Virus record (IMG/VR): IMGVR_UViG_3300013116_000108
Coordinates: 124,001-188,000 of that record
Reading direction: 5' to 3' (one strand)
Length of the DNA stretch: 64,000 bases
Part shown: positions 58,301 through 64,000 of the stretch, piece after piece
Position numbering within the stretch: position 1 is the stretch's first letter
How the letters are laid out: the number at the start of each line of letters is the position of its first letter
Notes under the pieces: model-generated
The model's database searches: none
What the model saw: the letters and a program-made list of their open reading frames with translations, nothing else
What the model was told of the DNA's origin: nothing
Made by a program: the position numbers and the translations under genes

Positions 58301-61300
58301 GACATAAGGACAATGTGTTTTATGACGACTTGTATCCAAATGCTGGATACCCTAAATTAACAGATGCTGATGCTACATTATTTTACAACAAAGACACAGA
58401 TACATTAAAAGATTTAACACCTGACATGAATGTAGGTTATACCCTTTGGGTCGCAGAAGATGAAACTGGCGATTGGGATATGAAATATTTAGATACTACT
58501 TCTATAGAAGTTACTAACTGTGACGGTGGAACAACAGGTGCTACTTATACTTGGACAACCGCAGATGATCATTCATTACAAATAGGTGATATTGTTGTTG
58601 TTAAAGGGTTCCACACAGATGATACTAAATTACTACGAAATGGTGTATATACTATTCAAACAGTACCAACTACATCAACATTTACAACAATGGGCGGTGG
58701 TGAATCAGGTAAAGATTCAGAAGCAGGTTCTAGTGTATTATTAAAATTTAAAAGTATTAGATTTAAAGACGGTGAGCAAATTACAGCACCTAAACTAGGA
58801 TGGCAAACAAACGACAAGTTTTATGTAGACAAAGATGAAGCAGGTTATTGGTTTGTAGCAAAGAAAAATACAAAGTTTACTCAGCAACAATCACTTACAC
58901 CATTACTTGGAGTTGCTAATGAAGAGTTTGGCGATGCTATTTGTTCTGACATGGATAATCAATGGCTAGTTGTTGGACAAAAATCACAAAATAGAATACA
59001 AATATATACTCCAAATCCTGCAGAATTATCACAAAATGCCGTAATCAATAATAGTGTTAATGGAGTTTTAGAATTAGGTGCCAGCGTTAGTACAGGCGCT
59101 CCGGTTTGGACAAAGCCACCTTCAACAACAGACTATAAGCAAGTACAAGGAATGTTTAGAGAAGATTTCCTAGGAAAATATGAAGAATGGGACAACGGCA
59201 AGCGTTGGATAGTAGTTGGAGCACCAGGCACTGATAGCAATAAAGGTGCTGTATTATTTTATTATTACGATTCAAAAAGTGGCACATTTTTGCCAGGAAC
59301 TATCGACCAGCCAACAGGATTAACAACAAGTGCTAAGTTTGGTAGTGTTGTAAAAATGAGTGCTAATGAATTATGGTGTGCTGTTTCGGCACCAGGTGAT
59401 AAAAAAGTATTTTTATACAATAGAATGGCCGTGTCAGGAGAAAGCACTTACAACACCACAGGCGACGGTAGTACAACAGAGTTTGTATTAGACATTTGGT
59501 GGAGCAAAATAACATCAGCCTCAGAATTATATATTCGCTTAGATTCAACTGAGCAAATGGCTACTAGAGATTTTACATACAACGCAAACACTAGAACAAT
59601 TACATTTACTAGTGCTCCTGCGAATGGCACAGCAATCAGTATATCATACTTAGGCGGTTGGAGACTCGCAAAAACATTTACAGGAACAACTGCTGACTAC
59701 GGTGCGAGTATTAGTTTAGATAGTAACGGTCGACATTTAGTTATTGGTGCTCCTAATACAACAACTGTAGGATCTGTTACTACAACAAACATGGGCGCCG
59801 CTGAAATTAAAACAAGGCACTGGCAATGTTTCACTGGCGATGGAACAACAAAGGCATTTACAGTTGACGTGTCAGATCTAACTGGTGTTATTGTTTACCA
59901 AAACGGAACACCAATTGATAGTATCGGTTCAGATAGTGCTGTGTTATGGACAGTATCCGGCAATACGCTTACGTTTACATCAGCACCGCAATCAAATGAT
60001 GAAATAGCAATATGGACAAATGAATGGCTATCATTACAAACAATTATACCAAGTGGCAATGGCAGACAAGAAAATGGACAATTTGGATCATCAGCAATAG
60101 AAATAGATGAAGCAGGTCAAACAATTTATGTTGGTGTTCCCGAAGCAGACGGTGTTATAGAAAATTCAGGATTAATACAAGTATTTGAAAGAAATCAAAA
60201 GATAAACCAAGGCAAACTAATTTTATCTTCAGAGAAAGAAGGATTTTCATCATACAACGCAGGTGAAAGTTTTTATATAAACGGGTATAAAGTTACAGCA
60301 TCAGGAACTACTATTGAGTCAATATCAACAGATATTAATAATGCTAATATACCGGGCATTACATCAACAGTTACAGGTGATAGCCCTAATCAAATTTTAA
60401 GTGTTAGCCATAGTTCTGGAGTATTAAATACTATCGATATCACCCCAGGAGTAACAGGCACTATATACAAAGACATTGGGTTGAAACCTTTTACTACACC
60501 AACAGACATTACACTGAATCAAGAAATTACTAGTGGACATAAGTTTGGCGAAGTTATTAGAGTTAGCAGAAATAATGACTTATTAGTTGTTGGTTGCCCA
60601 AGCGGGTCAACTCGTGTTTACACAACAATAGACAACAAAAAAACATTGTTTGATGGCAGTGGCACTAGATTTACTGTTCAAACATATTATACAGGTTCGG
60701 CTCACGTATTCCAAAAATTAGGAAAGAATTGGGTTGAAGCAGATAGTTTGTACACAAACAATACATCTATTAATGATAAATTTGGTTCTAGTATAGCAAT
60801 TAGTAATGATACAGTTTATGTTGGAGCACCATGGGAAGATGATGGCAATACACAGAACACAGGTAAAATTATAAGATACGGCAAGTCAGGTGAGTTGTTT
60901 AGCATCGACGAAAGAGAAACAGCATTAGTTGATATTGACAGGATTAATAAAGCATTCTTATATAATAAAAGTACAAACAATATTTTAGCATACTTAGATT
61001 ATATTGATCCTATTAAAGGTAAAATATTAGGTGAAGCAGAACAAAACATTGATTATAAAACATCATGGGATCCTGCTGTATATAATTATAGCACCGGAGT
61101 ACATCAAGTCAACAATGGAGATGATCCGTGGATTGCTGAATCATTTATTGGAAAGATTTGGTGGGATTTAAGTGAACTTAAATTTATTAATTACGAACAA
61201 GGTGATGCAGATTACAAATCATTATTTTGGGGAGGATTATTTCCTGGAAGTAAAATAGGAATTTATCAATGGGTCGCATCAGATGTGCCTCCTGTTAACT

Positions 61301-64000
61301 ATACCCCAGGTGTTGCGAAATATGGCAATGATGCTTATGTACAAGTTGACAAAATTAATAATGCTACTAATAACTTAGAAACAACGTACTACTTCTGGGC
61401 ATCAGGTATAACTGAGATTAACATTGATAAAACGTTAAGTACTGAAGGTATTGTAAAACTTATCCAAGACCCTACAACAAACGGTGGACCATTTATACAG
61501 TTTATTGGAAATAACCAATTAGCACTAGTTAATGTATCTAGATATTTAGAAGCAACAAATACAGTACTAGCAGTAGAGTATGATAAAAAACCAAATGATA
61601 AGATACTACATACAGAATGGGAATTAATACCTGAGGGTAGTCCGACTCTCGAAATCCCGGAAGATTTATTTAATAAAATTAAAGACAGTTTAGCAGGAGC
61701 AGATAAGACAGGTAACATCGTTCCTGACATTAATCTTAGTGCAGGCGACAAGTACGGTATTAAAATAAGACCAAGACAAGGTGTGTTTATGAATAGATAC
61801 CTTGCTTTAAAAGAATACCTAACGTATGTAAATGCTGTTATTAAAAAGTATAATATAGTAGATAACTTAGACTTTAGTCTATTAAATGAAGAAGAGGCAT
61901 TGCCCCTATCGACGTCAGGCACATATGATGAAAAAGTTAAAACGTTAACTGAATTATCTTATATTAGAGTAGCAACTAAAGACATAGGTTATAATGCCTT
62001 AGTTGAAACAGATTCAGAAGTAAACGGCAGGTGGGGTATACACACTTTACAAAGTGACGGCACATGGTTGAGAACTAGAACACAAAGTTATGATACTAAA
62101 AAGTTTTGGAGTTACATAGACTGGTATGAACCAGGTTATACAGTAGATACTAACATTGATTATCGTTATACCGACTTTAATAAAGTATACGAAAACGAGA
62201 GTGTAATAGCAGATAAAAGTATTATTAAAATTACAACTGGTGATAGTTGGGATTTATATGTTAAGGAAGATGGAAAACATAATCTTATAGGTCAAAAAAA
62301 CGGTACTTTGAAGTTTGGTGATAATTTATACGATTATGTCAAAACTAATTACGGATTTGATACAGATGGGTATGACTTTAACTTAATGGATACTGAGCCT
62401 CAAATAGAAACTAGAAATATTATTGACTCTATTAAAAATCAAATACTAATTAACGATTTACAAAATGAACATAACAAATTAATGTTTGTGTTGTTAAAGT
62501 TTGTACTTCAAGAACAAAACTATGTTGATTGGATTTTTAAAACAAGTTTTGTTCAAGTTAAACATAACTTAAGAGCATTAGATCAATTTCCTACATATCA
62601 AAGAGATAACCAAGAATTTGTTAAAAATTATATTAACGAAGTAAAACCTTATCACACAAAGATTAGAGAATATGTGTTAGGTTATAACAAACAAGAAACA
62701 TATGACAGTGACGTTTCGGACTTTGACCTACCTTCGACTTATGACCAAATTACTAAAACATTTAGATCACCTAATAAAGAAAAAAGCCACGATAGTAACA
62801 CAATAGAAAATAGCAATGCTTATAAAATGTGGAGAGAAAACTATACATACTCAGTTGATAGTGTACGATTATCACGTTGGGGGATAGGATATCAAACAGC
62901 ACCTGTATTAACATTCTCAGCACCACAAATAGCAGGAGGCGTTACTGCTACGGCAACATGTACAATAAAAGACAATCATATAGATGTAGTAACAATGACT
63001 AACAAAGGTAGTGGTTATACTGAACCTCCAACAGTAACAGTATCCGGCGGTAGCCCTACAACTGATGCTATTATACATCCTGTACTAGGAAATGCTAAAA
63101 CTAGAAAAATAAAAGAGACATTAAAATTTGACAGAATCAAATTTAGTTCAGATGTTAAAACATGGGCAAAAAATACTGCTTACACAACTAGTGATATTAT
63201 TCAATATAATAACGAAGCATACACAGTTAATGAAAACTTTACATCTGGAGCGTCGTTTGATAGCGACAAGTTAACAGTTAAAGCAGATAACACATTTAAT
63301 AATGCTATGGACAGAACAATGGCATACTATAATCCAGAAACAGGAAGTGATGCTGTAGATTTAGGAACAATATTTAAAGGCATTACATACCCAGGAACAA
63401 AAGTACAAGGCCCGCTATTTTCGGCTGAACCTGGATTTGACAAATCTAAATTTGACAATAAAGCATTTGATAATTATGATGTCGACAGCGATGGTAGATT
63501 TGTTTTAAGTTCTAGAAATTTAGATTTAGATTTAGAAAGCAAATTTAATGATACACAACTAGGATTAAGACCTGAAGATATTATTATTGACGGTAGTAGC
63601 AAGTTTGTTGACGCCTATAGTTCACATGCTCCAGAAGAGTTTGTACCGGGTAGAGTATTTGATAGTTTAAGTATTAATGTACGAACGTCTCCAAGTACAG
63701 ATACAGACAGCGACGGGGCATTAGGATTTCCGATCTATGCTATTAACTATAAAGGTGATGGAGCAAACAAGGTATTTAAATTTGGCGATGACAAAACAGG
63801 AACAGACCAAGAAGTTATTGTTTGGTCAAAATTAGGAGGCAGAAAAGCCAGTACCGATTATACAATTGATTGGACATTAAAGACAGTAACGTTCAACACA
63901 GCACCTGCGGTAGGCGAAATAATTGAATTAACAAGTTTTGGAAACACAGGAAACTCTGTATTACTTGATTATGAATTTACAGCATATTCTAGTACTTCTA
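52399..64000 (+). CDS. Giant baseplate/structural protein (gp7-like position), >3,860 aa, truncated by window; contains FG-GAP repeats
   Basis: ATG 52399 overlaps gp6 stop (TAATG); frame reads open at spot checks and the ORF track lists no + strand ORF ending in this span; FG-GAP-like repeats ~58900-60850. Confidence 0.85.
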   Translation, partial: MAKRKTSSFLPKAYQTEKNKKFLSGTLDQLMNSSNLTRMDGYIGRRYSPSYKTTDNYLASSGLRSNYQLEPAIVLKKDSNIASDNDVGSIVTYDDLLHKLKNNSVNTTDHNKLFNQEFYNWSGFINFDTLVNYGSYYWLKDGPNAVTVTGKDIKTSGAWSTKYDSVNNEYTVSEIKGKNPTIYLRRGGNYTFTADQTAEFYIQTEPGSITGIEKASPTKSTREIYGVENNGSKNITFTVPPIDAQSWFDTDLSLLQDVNLVSNLPWNKVQGRDVDNLISLDSGIDNQRVLDGKTIIFIQDSDSATDNTNWTTTGIDYTQAPYKDTGFSVNNGQVATVDRQGVYQISIVSNKIVLSKVANITFTDKVYVTEGSTYAGRHFYKAVETNHITVIPILTAKLDTLYYQHATDKTAYGTIKIVSDVAQSIEPADFLGKKTYTAPNGVVFTNGLKITFDTTITETKYKNKSFYIEGVGDSIHLVDTTLTISETGSETKDYIVMARGAKDMNAWSRANKWFHKDVITAAATYNNEIISVDDSLRAVRPIIEYNAGLHLYNHGTTGISGVSLIDTTTTDALSNINGTSGSYVDSTELKAFDRIIFTKDNDLQTRKTIWTVGWRDINGDSTVDFLTLGNDDASEVTTGSSVVLNKGLTGKGKTYHWDGTNWIASQTKTKINQYPIFELYDSNGVSINDTSTYPSSDFLGNSLFKYSTGTGTNDTELGFPLKYRTFNNIGDILFDNTYVNETFNYKKTTGVTEISTATTLAKITHPYSGAVTYSNGWTKGIQKSRQYQQVEYTVEDVTVKSYNLGANPDVSTTALPTTFVYINNKRTKNFTIALEEGFYNCKIEDTLSLGDSITIQFYSQTTSKIGYYVVPKNLESNGQNEKFANITLGQLQNHITALIDTNKFFTGSLQGSNNLRDLSGAKETEGLITQHSSPMILPMIFSEHSNVNYVNSLKFANAEYEKFKSKFLNSLETLDGLDLTNVSETVDTIMEHVNANKSSTFPFYTSDMVPYGADVEITTYTITDDRDKTYEIDSIFDNTLPSNRAILVYLNDVQLYNDIDYTFESTSSNIRLIKTIAIGDVLKIADYNNTLGNYVAPTPTKLGLYPKFKPEIVSDNTYADTQTIIIGHDGSRTIAYGDTRDNVILELEKRIYNNIKTHYQENVFDIKKYTPGRWRETDTTVAEVNDILEDEFLRWTTKHRISYTDNTFFDANDSKTWNYKNFTDKLDKSLFKQSHWKGLFVYYYDTYKPHTNAWEMFGWTEKPTWWETRYGVAPYTSGNEVLWNDVRDGHRYTSATEFTASTLYKRENIYSMMPVTENGEICSPIDCLTTNAGDLSPSHSWKYGDGAPPEIAWKNSSSYPFSVQHLLSLIRPAEYFSQLFNKSQIVRGALTDQLVLTSTNQRQTPSDLKVDTSTTRYEGCGNYIADYLRWLNVDVQTNLTDILKNLDIKLVHKLEGYTDKKLIKVLAEQVSPTSTSNSVYVPDEDYAIHLHKTGPIKTIPYSGVIIQGNASGYTVFGYNLNNPRFTIHKPIENGNFKIHDVNDDRVVEYEDYSTEEESIPYGTSFDTKQEVANFLFSYQKYLTNSGYDFDNRMEDFGTQKIVANWTMSVKEFVHWSGQGWTPGSVITISPSSLRVRCLTSMGVADTLSNSQAETNVLNANYEPLRPGSYKMNRQDNEFELTPNEIAGGIYFVNAKLVEYEHVLVFNNVTRFNDVIYQPGLGNRQYRLRIVGNKTGGWDGSLSAEGFIYNDGNVPGWVENTNYSRGDIVKFRDRLYTSSVSHTSSNKFVYENWTQTDSFKIGLLPNFDTLGKNFESFYDINAVNLESETDKYGKGSIGYQNREYFNQIGMDDVSQVKFYQGMLQEKGTTNAVNKLIRSKFDKISSDINFYEEWAIRNAEYGATDLNSRVEIQLNEEGFIDNPQPITTLNTTQEKSSVDSKTEYLTSELFKAPADISYDWVPVRKNYVDGHKDNVFYDDLYPNAGYPKLTDADATLFYNKDTDTLKDLTPDMNVGYTLWVAEDETGDWDMKYLDTTSIEVTNCDGGTTGATYTWTTADDHSLQIGDIVVVKGFHTDDTKLLRNGVYTIQTVPTTSTFTTMGGGESGKDSEAGSSVLLKFKSIRFKDGEQITAPKLGWQTNDKFYVDKDEAGYWFVAKKNTKFTQQQSLTPLLGVANEEFGDAICSDMDNQWLVVGQKSQNRIQIYTPNPAELSQNAVINNSVNGVLELGASVSTGAPVWTKPPSTTDYKQVQGMFREDFLGKYEEWDNGKRWIVVGAPGTDSNKGAVLFYYYDSKSGTFLPGTIDQPTGLTTSAKFGSVVKMSANELWCAVSAPGDKKVFLYNRMAVSGESTYNTTGDGSTTEFVLDIWWSKITSASELYIRLDSTEQMATRDFTYNANTRTITFTSAPANGTAISISYLGGWRLAKTFTGTTADYGASISLDSNGRHLVIGAPNTTTVGSVTTTNMGAAEIKTRHWQCFTGDGTTKAFTVDVSDLTGVIVYQNGTPIDSIGSDSAVLWTVSGNTLTFTSAPQSNDEIAIWTNEWLSLQTIIPSGNGRQENGQFGSSAIEIDEAGQTIYVGVPEADGVIENSGLIQVFERNQKINQGKLILSSEKEGFSSYNAGESFYINGYKVTASGTTIESISTDINNANIPGITSTVTGDSPNQILSVSHSSGVLNTIDITPGVTGTIYKDIGLKPFTTPTDITLNQEITSGHKFGEVIRVSRNNDLLVVGCPSGSTRVYTTIDNKKTLFDGSGTRFTVQTYYTGSAHVFQKLGKNWVEADSLYTNNTSINDKFGSSIAISNDTVYVGAPWEDDGNTQNTGKIIRYGKSGELFSIDERETALVDIDRINKAFLYNKSTNNILAYLDYIDPIKGKILGEAEQNIDYKTSWDPAVYNYSTGVHQVNNGDDPWIAESFIGKIWWDLSELKFINYEQGDADYKSLFWGGLFPGSKIGIYQWVASDVPPVNYTPGVAKYGNDAYVQVDKINNATNNLETTYYFWASGITEINIDKTLSTEGIVKLIQDPTTNGGPFIQFIGNNQLALVNVSRYLEATNTVLAVEYDKKPNDKILHTEWELIPEGSPTLEIPEDLFNKIKDSLAGADKTGNIVPDINLSAGDKYGIKIRPRQGVFMNRYLALKEYLTYVNAVIKKYNIVDNLDFSLLNEEEALPLSTSGTYDEKVKTLTELSYIRVATKDIGYNALVETDSEVNGRWGIHTLQSDGTWLRTRTQSYDTKKFWSYIDWYEPGYTVDTNIDYRYTDFNKVYENESVIADKSIIKITTGDSWDLYVKEDGKHNLIGQKNGTLKFGDNLYDYVKTNYGFDTDGYDFNLMDTEPQIETRNIIDSIKNQILINDLQNEHNKLMFVLLKFVLQEQNYVDWIFKTSFVQVKHNLRALDQFPTYQRDNQEFVKNYINEVKPYHTKIREYVLGYNKQETYDSDVSDFDLPSTYDQITKTFRSPNKEKSHDSNTIENSNAYKMWRENYTYSVDSVRLSRWGIGYQTAPVLTFSAPQIAGGVTATATCTIKDNHIDVVTMTNKGSGYTEPPTVTVSGGSPTTDAIIHPVLGNAKTRKIKETLKFDRIKFSSDVKTWAKNTAYTTSDIIQYNNEAYTVNENFTSGASFDSDKLTVKADNTFNNAMDRTMAYYNPETGSDAVDLGTIFKGITYPGTKVQGPLFSAEPGFDKSKFDNKAFDNYDVDSDGRFVLSSRNLDLDLESKFNDTQLGLRPEDIIIDGSSKFVDAYSSHAPEEFVPGRVFDSLSINVRTSPSTDTDSDGALGFPIYAINYKGDGANKVFKFGDDKTGTDQEVIVWSKLGGRKASTDYTIDWTLKTVTFNTAPAVGEIIELTSFGNTGNSVLLDYEFTAYSSTS

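Noticed and set aside
1-64000. Stop-codon reassignment (alternative genetic code) and tRNA genes
   Set aside because: Core genes are intact in the standard code with TAA/TAG/TGA all used as stops; no cloverleaf recognised in the intergenic gaps

Overview
This is 64 kb of an AT-rich, large T4-like myovirus genome, probably a jumbo phage and probably marine; no cellular housekeeping genes are visible. The head module comprises portal gp20, prohead core, protease gp21, scaffold gp22 and major capsid gp23. Also present are neck/tail-completion genes (gp13/14/15), a cluster of modular fibre/decoration genes, a tape-measure-like gene and the baseplate module (gp26/51, gp48/54-like, gp53, hub, gp5, PAAR, gp25, gp6). 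A >3,800-codon structural ORF runs off the right end and is absent from the ORF track. The window also holds gp46/gp47, a gp55-like late sigma factor and two accessory enzyme islands. The most notable signals are non-coding or recoding. (i) A free-standing ~300-nt structured RNA with its own sigma70 promoter and terminator, built from two pseudoknot-like units, lies right after the capsid gene. (ii) A ~430-nt multi-hairpin element is closed by a long-range stem and sits next to 12-bp tandem repeats. (iii) A glutamine (glnA-type) riboswitch precedes an unannotated 46-aa basic peptide. (iv) A probable -1 programmed frameshift joins gp26 and gp51. (v) Several late mRNAs appear to be leaderless. 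Protein-level oddities include an acyl carrier protein lacking its pantetheinylation serine, an adenylation enzyme/methyltransferase/B12-radical SAM/oxygenase mini-cluster, and a PAAR-lysozyme fusion. All family calls come from motifs recognised by eye; no searches were run.
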